This document shows positions 27,373 to 37,433 of a stretch of 64,000 bases of DNA, piece by piece. Source of the DNA: a virus (taxonomy: Duplodnaviria; Caudoviricetes); the IMG/VR virus record IMGVR_UViG_3300027986_000001, positions 1-64,000 of that record; one strand, written 5' to 3'. Under the pieces are notes generated by a model, which did not search any database, was not told where the DNA came from, and saw only the letters and a list, made by a program, of their open reading frames with translations. Numbering within the stretch: the first letter of the stretch is position 1; every line of letters begins with the position of its first letter. The position numbers and the translations under genes are program-made.

Positions 27373-28107
27373 TTAATGGGCAGACTGCTCCAATTCGTGT
27401 TTAGCCCGCCAGTTGAGCAGGTACTGCTTGGCGGCGTCGAAAAGGGCAGGGTCCTCGCGGAGGCAGCCGAGGGATCGGTTGCAGCCGTCGCAGAGCAAGC
27501 CCCGGACTTTCTTGGTCGCATGGTTGTGGTCAACGTGCAGGACGCAGGTTTGAGGAGATTTTCCGCGTGGCGGCTCATTGCAGATAGCACACTTGCTGCC
27601 TTGGGCCTGGGCCATAGCCTCGAATTGCTCTGGTGTTATGCCGTAGCGAACGTACAGCCAGCGCTCACGGATCTCCTTGCTGAAGCGCGAAGGAGCCTTC
27701 TCTTTCTTGGCGGGCTTCGGCAGAAACTTGGGATTTTTCGAGCAGTGAGCCTTATGGGGCCAGATCTCGCGAGCAGAGAATTCTTCGCCGCAGTAGGAGC
27801 ACGGCTTCATGACGCGAGCGCCGAAGCGAGGGCGATATTCGGTTTCTCTCTGCGGATGGTGATTCTTGTATTTCTTGGCGACATGCGCGGCCTGTCGGGA
27901 GCAGGTGAGGCAGGTGTAAGCTCTCTTGCCAGGAAGGCCAAGATTTACCGGGAAGTTTTCTATCGGATGCGGATCTTGGCAGGCAGAGCAGAACCGCCAG
28001 TGTGGCTTCAGAAAAGGCCGCTGCTTACACCATCTCATCAGGTGTGTTTGTATTCTGCGGGTGTGAAGGACATCCCCGCACCACTTGCACGGGATTGGTT
28101 TAAACAT
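27373..28107 (-). CDS. endonuclease VII-family homing endonuclease with N-terminal zinc fingers
   Basis: YGIT...F..M...Q...CAIC...LHVDHNH.T.KVRGLLC..CN..LG; own promoter and AAGGAG RBS. Confidence 0.9.
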   Translation of the reverse strand: MFKPIPCKWCGDVLHTRRIQTHLMRWCKQRPFLKPHWRFCSACQDPHPIENFPVNLGLPGKRAYTCLTCSRQAAHVAKKYKNHHPQRETEYRPRFGARVMKPCSYCGEEFSAREIWPHKAHCSKNPKFLPKPAKKEKAPSRFSKEIRERWLYVRYGITPEQFEAMAQAQGSKCAICNEPPRGKSPQTCVLHVDHNHATKKVRGLLCDGCNRSLGCLREDPALFDAAKQYLLNWRAKHELEQSAH

Positions 28108-28201
28108 CAAGTTCTCCTTTCTTACGTTAACAGTATGCTGTCGCTTTACGTAAGAGTCAAGAGAAATATTCTTAGTTGCTGTCCAGAAGGAGGGTATCCA
28201 T

Positions 28202-29425
28202 ACGGCCTTACAACTCACTGAGTTGGACGCCTATGTACATGACCACATCGAGCCGCGTTAAGTGATAGCGCCATGAGCATGAGAGTGCTCATGCAAACCC
28301 CGTTAATTGCTGGGAAGCCTCACCGAGGCAATCAGCAGCGAAGCCCAGAAATGGGAACGTTCAACGACTATCCCGAAAGGGAGTAGGGCCAAGTGGTCCG
28401 AAATGCGGGGGGTCCAGAAATGGATCGTGATATAGTCTGGCCTGCATGGCGACATGCAGAAGGATCGGCCTAACGAGCTGATTCGAAACAACTTAGCGAC
28501 CACTGACGTAGTGTACGCCACATCTCCTGTGTTCACTCGGCTGTCCCAGCAGAACGCCGAAAAGTTCTCGGGCAACAGTCAGATCCGGCGTCCCATCATC
28601 GTTGGGATGCTGAACGGCGGCGTCATTGGACGCGGCGGATCGGTGCCGGTGGACTTCGTGGTCACGGACGCGGCCTTGACCGCTCTGATGAAGGTCTACT
28701 GGGTCGGCATTACGTTGTATGGCTTCGATGCCATGAACAACGACGGCCCGGAGGCGATCTTCAATCAGGTCGAGATGAAGTTCCTGAACGCCTCGCTGAA
28801 GATGGCCCAACTGCTGGCGACCGATATGTACCTCAACGGCCAGAGTTCGACGGGGCGCACATTGAACCTCAACGGCCTGCAGGAGTGGTACGACGACGGG
28901 ACCAATTTCCCGACTGTTGGCGGTCAGAACCGGACGGACATCAACGGTCAAGCCACGGGCACGCCCGGCGGGCTGAATGCCTTCACGGCCAACGTTACCA
29001 GTTTTACGCTGCAGACGCTCAATACGGCCTACGGCAACGCCTGCTGGGGTCCGGATCACCCGGATCTGATCGCGGTCACACAGAACGGCTGGAACCTGAT
29101 CTGGAACGGCCTGCAGCCAAGCCAGCGCTACGCCAACGTCGAGAACGACCTGGGCAACATCGGTTTCACGAATTTCCGTTTCAACGCGGGCGATGTAGTG
29201 ATCGACCGATACATGCCTACCGGGACGAGCGGACTGATGCTCGGGATGAACACTTCGTATGTCGAGTGGTACTTCTCAAACGTCCCGCTTTTCCAGTTTG
29301 GGTTCACGGGCTTCAAGGGCTCGGACAACACCATCGGCGATGTTACGGGACAGTACGTGGCAGGTACGAATCTCCTCGTACCAAACCCCAGAACGGGATT
29401 CAAGATAACGAGCTCACTATTTTAA
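28202..29425 (+). CDS. major capsid protein, join(28202..28258, 28499..29425), ~327 aa
   Basis: Spliced N-terminus (M)ALQLTELDAYVHDHIEPR|TTDVVYATSPVFTRL; capsid-like body (GG..G.G, D...N.G...IF, L...MY..G, NGL); AAGGAGG RBS before an ACG codon. Confidence 0.85.
28259..28498 (+). ncRNA. group I intron (240 nt, no ORF) in the major capsid gene
   Basis: P AATTGCTGGGAA, Q AATCAGCAG, R GTTCAACGACTA, S GATATAGTCT; exon 1 ends in U, intron ends in G; splicing restores frame. Confidence 0.9.
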
Positions 29426-29459
29426 TCCAGTAATGTCGTAACGATGCTATAATGTCCGC

Positions 29460-30428
29460 ATGAGAAAACTGAACGGAGTTCCGGTGAAGATGAAGATCAC
29501 GGAAGAAGAATTCCGCGATCTCGTCCTAAGCCAAAAGAAGTCGGACATAAGCATCGCCCACGAACTTGGTGTCAGTAGCTTGACTATTGCGCATTGGCGT
29601 CAGCGTTTCGGTCTGCCGAATGCCTATTCAAATCGAGAGAGAAAGCCGCGCGTGTTCAGGCAAAAGCGGAGCAAGCTCTGTGTGACAAAAGAGCAACTCT
29701 ACGATCTCTACGTAGTCCAGGGATTGCCACAGAGGGAAATCTCTCAACGGTGCGGTGTCAATCAAGTGACGGTTTCAAATTGGCTAAAGCACTACGGAAT
29801 CGCCGCGAGGCCGGACGGTGGTCGCATTGCCGTGCTTTTGGACGAAAAAGAATTGCAGCGCTTGTATCATGTCGAGAAGTGGAGTATGCAGGCAATCGCG
29901 CAGCATTTTAAGTGCGGCGAATCCACAGTCCGGCAGAATTTGATTAGGTTCGGATTACAGATCGACATGAAAGAAGTTGCGCGAAGGAAGTTGGAAAAGT
30001 TGGCTGCTGCTTCACCCTATCGGTTCGAGCATCGCGGATACGTTAAGGTAATGGTTCCAGATCATCCGGCAGCGAACAAGGGTGGGTATGTCGATGAGCA
30101 TAGATTTACGGCGGAAAATGCCATAGGGAGGCCGCTAATCCCTGGGGAGCAAGTACACCACATTAACTTGCGTAAAAGGGAGAATGCGGTCGGAAACCTC
30201 GCGGTCCTGCCGACCAAGCGCGACCATTTTCTTGTCCATCGATATCTGGAACGTGTCGCCGTATATCTTCTCGGATTGACTAGTGTTCGCCCGGAGCCGA
30301 TTCAGTTTAAGACCCAAGTTTTTTGGGCCGGACGGTGGGTGCTTGAGCTTGATATGCTTCGTGATATCCGCCCGATGGCACCGGCGGTCGAGACCAGGGA
30401 AGCGGCAAAGGAAGAGACAGTGAACTAG
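29460..30428 (+). CDS. HNH homing endonuclease with repeated HTH modules
   Basis: GYV....PDHP.A...GYV.EHR..AE..IGR.L...E.VHHIN....N...NL. Confidence 0.9.
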   Translation: MRKLNGVPVKMKITEEEFRDLVLSQKKSDISIAHELGVSSLTIAHWRQRFGLPNAYSNRERKPRVFRQKRSKLCVTKEQLYDLYVVQGLPQREISQRCGVNQVTVSNWLKHYGIAARPDGGRIAVLLDEKELQRLYHVEKWSMQAIAQHFKCGESTVRQNLIRFGLQIDMKEVARRKLEKLAAASPYRFEHRGYVKVMVPDHPAANKGGYVDEHRFTAENAIGRPLIPGEQVHHINLRKRENAVGNLAVLPTKRDHFLVHRYLERVAVYLLGLTSVRPEPIQFKTQVFWAGRWVLELDMLRDIRPMAPAVETREAAKEETVN

Positions 30429-30437
30429 GAGACACAA

Positions 30438-30935
30438 ATGCAGAAAATTGGGCTTTCTTACAATCTTGGCGGGGCTCTTCGAGGGGTCAGCTACCAGTTC
30501 AACGCCGCCGATTTGCAACTCTGTAGCGGCTCGGGAGCGCAGACATTCGGCTCGGCTGGAACCCCGACCGGCTTCGTCGGGATGGACCTGTTTCCGCAGG
30601 GCTCCTTCATTCTGCGTATGCAGATCTACCCTTCGGCGGCCTTCGCGGGACCATCGCTGACCGACATGAAAGTCAGGGTCGGCAAAGCGGGCGCGGCTAC
30701 GAATTTCTTCGCAAACGACTTTGACGTATTCCAGACGCCCTCGACCAATACCCTGGTCGAGATCCCGCTGCCGCCCATCGGCCAGATCGGCCCATTCATG
30801 CCGACTGTGACGTTTACGCCGACAGGTAGCGTCTGCCAGAGTTGCTCGGGTGGGCAGGTCAATATCGATATGCAGTTGTTCGACTGCACGACGCCGACTT
30901 TCACGGGTCTATATATGTCGCAGTCGGTGCTGTAA
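30438..30935 (+). CDS. virion structural protein (capsid decoration-like)
   Basis: Beta-rich; position after MCP; GGAG RBS. Confidence 0.5.
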   Translation: MQKIGLSYNLGGALRGVSYQFNAADLQLCSGSGAQTFGSAGTPTGFVGMDLFPQGSFILRMQIYPSAAFAGPSLTDMKVRVGKAGAATNFFANDFDVFQTPSTNTLVEIPLPPIGQIGPFMPTVTFTPTGSVCQSCSGGQVNIDMQLFDCTTPTFTGLYMSQSVL

Positions 30936-30947
30936 CGGAGGCTTAGC

Positions 30948-31514
30948 GTGTCTACGATTCCGGCCAATCAACCCGTTGTCGCATTCGAGCTGCCCGGCGG
31001 CTATAAGGTCTGGGCGGGCGATTCTCTGCCTACGCTGGCCACGGATAGCGGCCCTTACGAGATCGGAGATTTCTTCTGGGTTACGGGCACATCGGGAAGC
31101 GTTCCGGTGCTCTATCGCAACCTGACTCGTGGTGGGACCGGAACCGGGTTCACGTCAGCGACCGCCGTCGCTCCGGCGTGGCAGTTGTTCGCAGGGCAAC
31201 AATCCGCAATCAAGACGGTCACTGCCGCGTATAGTGCAGCGAATTCGGATGAGACGATCATTATGAACGCTGGGGCGGCGGTAACGCTGCCCGTCCCGGC
31301 GGCCAATCTCGTCGGCAAGACCTATACGGTCAAGGCAGGTGCCAGCGGCGCAGGGGCTACCGTAGTCGTCTCTGGCACTGGCGCGATCGACGGCGGACAT
31401 ACGGTCACATTGGCTAATGCCTATTGCTCGGTCACGCTCAAGTGCGACGGCACGCAGTGGTGGGTAATCAGCGCCTACCCGGTAACGACGGTCGGATCGG
31501 TGGCGGTCACTTAA
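30948..31514 (+). CDS. virion structural/fibre protein
   Basis: TVTAAY......VTLP.PA...GK.YTVK....IDG.......Y.SVTL.CDG..WWVI domain typical of phage fibres. Confidence 0.65.
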   Translation: MSTIPANQPVVAFELPGGYKVWAGDSLPTLATDSGPYEIGDFFWVTGTSGSVPVLYRNLTRGGTGTGFTSATAVAPAWQLFAGQQSAIKTVTAAYSAANSDETIIMNAGAAVTLPVPAANLVGKTYTVKAGASGAGATVVVSGTGAIDGGHTVTLANAYCSVTLKCDGTQWWVISAYPVTTVGSVAVT

Positions 31515-31526
31515 GGAGAATCTTCT

Positions 31527-31949
31527 ATGCAGCTACAGCAAGTATTCATTTCCGGCACGGAAACGGATGACATGGTTGGACAGCTCATCGTTCATGAGTT
31601 TCTCTTCCACGGCTCCATCAGCGATCTCGCCTCCACGCGCGAGTTGTTCGTGGCCGATGGCTCGAACTCCTATCAGTTGATCGCCGTCACGGAGCGGCAT
31701 TCGGTGGTCGGATCGACTTCGGTCATGATCACCAAGGTCTCGAACGGCCTCGCCACGGTCTCGGGTCAGCCGGTGCTGGCGTCCACAATCCCGCTGACGA
31801 CAACCACCAGCGGAACCAACTACGGGACGATCATTGCCTCGACGGCCCTGACGCAGCTTGCGCCGGGCGACGAGTTCGCCATGCTGCCCACCAACGCCGG
31901 TAACTTGCCGCCCATCGGGATCATCGCGCTTACCTTGCAGCGCCTCTAA
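31527..31949 (+). CDS. virion structural protein
   Basis: AAGGAG RBS, beta-rich; followed by hairpin. Confidence 0.5.
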   Translation: MQLQQVFISGTETDDMVGQLIVHEFLFHGSISDLASTRELFVADGSNSYQLIAVTERHSVVGSTSVMITKVSNGLATVSGQPVLASTIPLTTTTSGTNYGTIIASTALTQLAPGDEFAMLPTNAGNLPPIGIIALTLQRL

Positions 31950-32064
31950 TTTTCCTCCGCCATAGCCCGGTCTCGTTCCCTCCAGAGCGGGGCCGGGCAC
32001 CCTGTAAAATATTAGACAAATCTTGACTCTTGACTTTGGGGTTCATCGGCCACATACTAACCGC

Positions 32065-32838
32065 ATGAGCACACCCAAAGAAGGTATCGGCGATCGTATG
32101 AAGCGTAGCTACGAGGACCGCTACCGTATCCTGTTGCCGCGTCGTACCTACACGATCATTCGAATCGGCGGAAGGGCATTCCATGCTTTTACTCGTCAGT
32201 ATGAAAAACCGTATGACGCCCGGCTCGCCGCAGACATGGACCGCGCTGCGGTAGCGGTATGTGAGGACGCGCAAGGCGTCCAGTTCGCTTACGGGCAATC
32301 CGACGAATACAGTTTTTTGTTGACGGACTTCGCACAGTTGGCCACGGAGACGTGGTTCGACGGTAATCTGCAAAAGGTGTGCTCAATCGTGGCCTCTATA
32401 TTCACCGCCGAGTTCATGCGCTACTTTTCCGGAGAGTGTAGACGCGCTCATTTCGATTGCCGTGTATTCGTTATCCCTGATCCAATCGAGGTAGAGAACT
32501 ATTTCATCTGGAGACAGCAGGATGCTACGCGCAATGCAATTCTGGCGCTGGCGCAATCCGAGTTTCCCCCCAAGCAAATTCACGGACTCGGCTGTGACGA
32601 GTTGCAAGAAAAACTGTTCCGCGAGCGCGGCATTAACTTCAACGACAGGTCGGCGGAAGAAAAACGGGGTAGGGTTGTGATTTACAAGGTTCTTGGCTCT
32701 GCGGAGCCCCTACGCGGTTGGCTGGTAGACCGCAATATCCCCATCTTCACCGCAGAGCGGGACTATTTGATTCGCAATATCCCACAAATGGAGACGAGGC
32801 CTATTTTGTCCGCTGCTGTGAATTCTCTTAACTCTTGA
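32065..32838 (+). CDS. thg1: tRNA(His) guanylyltransferase Thg1-like protein
   Basis: GDRMK.YE, IRIGG.AFH.FT, YGQSDEYS, WFDG..QK..S, FDCRVF, NYFIWRQQDA.RN. Confidence 0.92.
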   Translation: MSTPKEGIGDRMKRSYEDRYRILLPRRTYTIIRIGGRAFHAFTRQYEKPYDARLAADMDRAAVAVCEDAQGVQFAYGQSDEYSFLLTDFAQLATETWFDGNLQKVCSIVASIFTAEFMRYFSGECRRAHFDCRVFVIPDPIEVENYFIWRQQDATRNAILALAQSEFPPKQIHGLGCDELQEKLFRERGINFNDRSAEEKRGRVVIYKVLGSAEPLRGWLVDRNIPIFTAERDYLIRNIPQMETRPILSAAVNSLNS

Positions 32839-32871
32839 CTCCCGCCTCGTTAGGCCGTACACTGTTCGTGC

Positions 32872-35800
32872 ATGCGAATCTATCTGCTTCCAGCCCTGTT
32901 CTTTGAACCGTTTGACTGGAAAAACACTACCGGCGAACCCGATGAGCATGGCGTAGTTCGGGGCATAGGTGGTTCGGAGACTCAGCAAGCAGAGGTTGCG
33001 AGAATTCTCGCTGCTCGCGGCCACGAGGTTACGAGTTTCTCTCCGACTACTTGGACCGGGGTCCGCAAGTGGAAGGGCGTGAACTGGACCAACGTGAGCA
33101 ATGCCGACACGCGCGAGCCCGGCGTCTGGATACTCTACCGTCATCCGCCCATGCTCGACTCCTTCCCTGATTCGCATCCCGAGCAGAAGCTGGTTTTATG
33201 CGCACAGGACGTGGGATATGACACGTGGACGCCGGAGCGAATGGCTAAGGTCGATTGCTTCCACGCCATCTGCGAGTCCCATAAGCAGTACACAGCGGCC
33301 CGGCATCCCGAACTGGCTTCCAAGATTGTGGTGATCCCCAACGGCGTAAAGGTGGATCTGATTGAGCAGATCGAAGCCGAGGGGAAGATCGAGCGGAATC
33401 CGCGTAAGATGATCTGGGCTTCGTCCCCCGATCGCGGCCTGGAGGCGCTACTGAAGATCTTCAAGCGGGCAAGGGAATGGGTGTCCGGACTGGAACTGGT
33501 GGTCGCGTACGGGCTTGACAACATCGACAAAATGATCGCCAGCGGGAACGTGAACATGGCGCGGCTCAAAGAGCGCATCATGAAGCTGGCGGATCAGCCG
33601 GGGGTGACGTTCAAGGGGCGCATGAGTCAGCCGGAGCTGTATCGGGAGCGGTTCTCCTGCGGGTTAATGTGTCACCCCTCACTTTTTCAAGAAACGGGCT
33701 TTTGCGTGCTTCTCGAAAATCAGGCATGTGGATGTATTCCGATCACGACGCCGATCTGGGCGGCTGCCGAATACACCATGCACGGTCAACTGATCATCGG
33801 CGACTGCTACTCGGACCCGCTGATTCAGGCCCGCTACGTAGGCGCGATCTACGAGTGGTGTAAAAATACCGAGTATCAGGAGCAGACGCGGATTCAGATG
33901 ATGCGGGATGCACGGGAGCGGTTCGACTGGGAGCGCGTAGTGGATCAGATTGAAGAGAAGATCCTGGACGTGAAGAAGAGAGCGGTATCGGTACCGGAGC
34001 TGCCTGCTTACGCCGATCAGCCGCTGACCTTTCACCTGTATTCCCCCACCCATATGGAGGAGTGGGACTGGACTAACACGGAGACAGGCATCGGCGGCAT
34101 CGAAACCAGTATTGCCGAGGTTGCGCGGCGTATGGCGGGCTTAGGGCATACGGTCAACGTCTACACCAAGGTGCCATGGGGAAACGGGCAGAAAGGATGG
34201 AACGGCACAGCTTGGCATCCCTATCAGGAAGCCGACTTCTCTCAGCCCGGCGTCTGGATACTCTACCGCTGTCCGGAGATCGCCAAGCGCCTGGATGGCA
34301 ACATGCAAGTGGCATGGCTTATGGTGCAGGACTGGGATCACGCCTGGAAGGCGGATGAAGTGTCAAAGCTGGACCGCATCTTGGTTCTCTGTAATACACA
34401 CAAGGACTACCTGATCACCCGCCATCCCGAGCTGAAGGGCAAGATTTCCGTGACTTCGAACGGTGTCAAGGTGGATCTGCTAGAAGCTGTCGAAAGCACG
34501 TCGGACCGACCGGCGCGCAATCCCAAGAAGATCATGTTCGCGTCTTCGCCGGATCGCGGGCTTATGACACTGCTGAAGATCTTCGCGAAGGCACAGGAGG
34601 GCCGAAACGATCTGGAGCTGCACATTTTCTACGGGTTCGAGGGTTTGGAGAAGCTGGTGGCGATCAACCCGGACTTCGAGCCTTTCCTCAAGCAGCGGGA
34701 CGAGATGAATCAGATAGCCTCCAAGATTCCCGGCGTGTTCTTCCGGGGCCGCGTCTCGCAAACGGATCTGTACAAGGAGTGGCTGAGTGCGGGCATGCTT
34801 GCGTACCCCAGCATATTCGCAGAGCTGAGTTTCATCACTGGGCAGGAAGCGCAGTGCGCGGGTGCGATCCCGATCGTCACGCCTGTCTGGGCGCAGGCCG
34901 AGAATACGCGGCACGGAGCAATGATTCCGGGTAGTCCCGGATCAGATAGCGGCATTGCCGCTTTCGCGGAAAAGATCCGCTACTATGCCGATCACCTGGA
35001 GGAGCAAGAGCGGATTCGGGCGGTGATGATGCCGGAGGCCCGTAGCCGCTGCAATTGGGACCGGCACGTCAGTGGTTTGAACCGCATGGCGCAGGAAGAC
35101 ATGGAATGTCGGCCCACTAAAGTTTGTCGCGGATGCGGGCACGATCAGCTCCTGCCGGTATTGGATCTTGGCGCACAGCCGGTCGCTGGATATTTTCCCA
35201 AGCCCAACGAACCCGTGCGTTGCTTCCCCTTGGCTATGGTACGCTGCGCGCAGTGCGATCTTGGGCAGCTATCCCACACCGTGTCGCGCGGTCTGCTATT
35301 CGGCGGCGAATACGGCTATCGATCCGGGGCCAACCGCATCATGCGGGAGCACCTAGAAAAGATCGCCATGTCGGTCGAGATCGGGCCGGATGATCTCTGG
35401 GTGGACATCGGCTGCAACGACGGGACGCTGTTGAGCTTCCTTCCGCCCGAGAATCGCGTGGGCTTCGACCCATCCGAAGTTTGTCCGCCTGAGCATCACC
35501 GGGAGTTCTTTAGTGCGCGGAGATTAGAAGAACTATATCCCGGACGCAAGGCATTGGTAGTCACCTCGCTGGCTATGTTTTACGACCTCGAAGACCCTCT
35601 CGGATTCGCTAAGCAGGTACGAGGGATTCTTGCCGAAAACGGAGTATGGATTGTCGAACTACAGAATTTGGCACAGTACTCCAAAACTGGAGCATTCGAT
35701 ACGATTTGCCACGAGCACCTCACTTACTGGGACTTGCCGCGCTTCCAGGATCTGTTACACCGGGCAGGTGTTTCTGTTGCGGATTGGGAAACGAACGACA

Positions 35801-36255
35801 TCAACGGAGGGACACTACAGGTGCGGGCGCGCAAGGGGTTGTTCCTGCACTTCCAGAACGCCCTAGAGAACGACTGGAGCGGATTCGTGGGGCAGGTAAA
35901 GACAGCTACGGCGAGACTGCGCGAACTCATGGCGTCCATCCCCAAAGAGGCGGTTATCTGGGGATACGGGGCCTCGACCAAAGGTAACGTTCTTTTGCAG
36001 TACACGGGGATCGCCGATCGCTTGAAGGCGGTCGCGGATGTGAACCCTGCCAAGTGGGGCCGCGTTCTGCCCGGAACGCAGATACCGATCACCTCGGAGG
36101 AGGAGATGCGCAAAGCAAATCCGGACTACCTGCTGGCTCTGCCGTGGGCATTTCTGGATGAGTTTATGCGGCGGGAGCCGGGCAGGAAGTTCATTGTGCC
36201 GTTTCCAGATCCGCGTATCGTGGAGGCTCCAGTGGCGGCGGAGGTGACGGTATGA
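32872..36255 (+). CDS. fusion: two tandem GT-B (GT4-like) glycosyltransferase domains + NDP-sugar C-methyltransferase
   Basis: Duplicated GIGG.E...SSPDRGL...GR.SQ..LY...E.Q..G.IP units; C-terminal CRGC..LDLG.QP, DIGCNDG.LL, DTICHEH..Y, GYGASTKGN.LL. Confidence 0.9.
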   Translation: MRIYLLPALFFEPFDWKNTTGEPDEHGVVRGIGGSETQQAEVARILAARGHEVTSFSPTTWTGVRKWKGVNWTNVSNADTREPGVWILYRHPPMLDSFPDSHPEQKLVLCAQDVGYDTWTPERMAKVDCFHAICESHKQYTAARHPELASKIVVIPNGVKVDLIEQIEAEGKIERNPRKMIWASSPDRGLEALLKIFKRAREWVSGLELVVAYGLDNIDKMIASGNVNMARLKERIMKLADQPGVTFKGRMSQPELYRERFSCGLMCHPSLFQETGFCVLLENQACGCIPITTPIWAAAEYTMHGQLIIGDCYSDPLIQARYVGAIYEWCKNTEYQEQTRIQMMRDARERFDWERVVDQIEEKILDVKKRAVSVPELPAYADQPLTFHLYSPTHMEEWDWTNTETGIGGIETSIAEVARRMAGLGHTVNVYTKVPWGNGQKGWNGTAWHPYQEADFSQPGVWILYRCPEIAKRLDGNMQVAWLMVQDWDHAWKADEVSKLDRILVLCNTHKDYLITRHPELKGKISVTSNGVKVDLLEAVESTSDRPARNPKKIMFASSPDRGLMTLLKIFAKAQEGRNDLELHIFYGFEGLEKLVAINPDFEPFLKQRDEMNQIASKIPGVFFRGRVSQTDLYKEWLSAGMLAYPSIFAELSFITGQEAQCAGAIPIVTPVWAQAENTRHGAMIPGSPGSDSGIAAFAEKIRYYADHLEEQERIRAVMMPEARSRCNWDRHVSGLNRMAQEDMECRPTKVCRGCGHDQLLPVLDLGAQPVAGYFPKPNEPVRCFPLAMVRCAQCDLGQLSHTVSRGLLFGGEYGYRSGANRIMREHLEKIAMSVEIGPDDLWVDIGCNDGTLLSFLPPENRVGFDPSEVCPPEHHREFFSARRLEELYPGRKALVVTSLAMFYDLEDPLGFAKQVRGILAENGVWIVELQNLAQYSKTGAFDTICHEHLTYWDLPRFQDLLHRAGVSVADWETNDINGGTLQVRARKGLFLHFQNALENDWSGFVGQVKTATARLRELMASIPKEAVIWGYGASTKGNVLLQYTGIADRLKAVADVNPAKWGRVLPGTQIPITSEEEMRKANPDYLLALPWAFLDEFMRREPGRKFIVPFPDPRIVEAPVAAEVTV

Positions 36256-36950
36256 TCATCGCTAAGCGTCCTATCGGGACCGTGGCATACATGGGCGGCG
36301 TGGCCAGCCTGGATGAAGAGTTCTGCTGGTCGTGGGGCCAGATGATTCAGTGCAATAACGAGTTTCTCGCCAAGCCAGGGGAATACGTTCATCTCGACCG
36401 GGCGCGCACGTCCGACCACGCTTCCGCAAGAAATTATCTAGCCAGGAACTTTCTGGGGGAGTGGCTGTTCCAGACGGACACGGACCACCAATTCGAGCCC
36501 GATCTGGTTTGCCGCATGGTGGCCTTAATGGACCGCCTGCAACTCAACGTGCTGACCGGGATCTACTGCTATCGGACTCCGCCATATCTTCCATTGATCT
36601 ATGCTTGGTCAGAAAAAGATCAGGCGTTCGCTGTGATCGCGGAATGGAACGAGCCGCCCGAGGATCAGCCGGTGTTCAAGGTGGATTGCGCCGGAGCGGG
36701 GTGCCTGTTGGTGCGGCGTCCCGTCTTCAACACAATCCGGCAGGAACTGGGCGAGGAGCCGTTCTCTCACATGGGAGCGCTGAGCGAGGACTTCTCATTC
36801 TTTCGCCGCTGCATGAAGCTGAATATTCCGGTCTTCTGCGCGCCGCATATCGAGAGCTACCACATACGTAAGCACATTTCATCGCTGGCCGACCGGGATC
36901 TGGGAGCGATTGCACTGGCCCCACGCGAGACACTGCTAGCGGGGCAGTAA
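36252..36950 (+). CDS. GT-A (GT2-like) glycosyltransferase
   Basis: ARN....FLGEWLF.TDTDH.F, GAGCLLVRR.VF, SEDFSF..R. Confidence 0.8.
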   Translation: MIIAKRPIGTVAYMGGVASLDEEFCWSWGQMIQCNNEFLAKPGEYVHLDRARTSDHASARNYLARNFLGEWLFQTDTDHQFEPDLVCRMVALMDRLQLNVLTGIYCYRTPPYLPLIYAWSEKDQAFAVIAEWNEPPEDQPVFKVDCAGAGCLLVRRPVFNTIRQELGEEPFSHMGALSEDFSFFRRCMKLNIPVFCAPHIESYHIRKHISSLADRDLGAIALAPRETLLAGQ

Positions 36951-36961
36951 AATATCAGACT

Positions 36962-37402
36962 ATGCCGGGGCCGCTAATCGGAGACACGCTTTTGGATCTC
37001 TGCCGCGCGATTGAGGAGCTTGGGCACCCAAGGCGGCTCATTCTTTCAAAAGAAGACTTTTTCCATTTCTTTCAAGCGGTACAGCCTTCGCATCGAACAT
37101 ACGACCAAGAAGAAGGACCGTTCATAACGGTGATGGCTACTAGGGTAACTTTGGCCGACTGGCCCAAGGAATGGCCCGACTGTATTGACCTCAGTACGGC
37201 ATCGGAGGTCAGCAAGGTACTGCACCCGGAGAAGCCAAAGTCCACCGGCGTGGACCTTACGGAGCCAGCGACCATGAACAAGATACAACAATGGGCGACG
37301 AGGTTGGCGGAGGCTAAGGCCGGTCTGCCGGACACGCGACTGGGAACCGGGGAGGTGGCTATGCAGGCCGTTGTGGATTATTTAGCAAGACCAAAGCGCT
37401 GA
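36962..37402 (+). CDS. hypothetical protein
   Basis: ORF track. Confidence 0.5.
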   Translation: MPGPLIGDTLLDLCRAIEELGHPRRLILSKEDFFHFFQAVQPSHRTYDQEEGPFITVMATRVTLADWPKEWPDCIDLSTASEVSKVLHPEKPKSTGVDLTEPATMNKIQQWATRLAEAKAGLPDTRLGTGEVAMQAVVDYLARPKR

Positions 37403-37433
37403 CAGTTTTGGCTGAATCCGGTAGAATAAGTTT

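Noticed and set aside
27376-28221. 281-aa plus-strand ORF
   Set aside because: Antisense shadow of the EndoVII gene, no motifs
28454-28498. ORF-track start of the capsid protein (MQKDRPNELIRNNLA)
   Set aside because: Lies inside the group I intron
10881-31466. Diversity-generating retroelement TR/VR pair
   Set aside because: Repeat is only 30 nt with one difference, and there is no reverse transcriptase in the window
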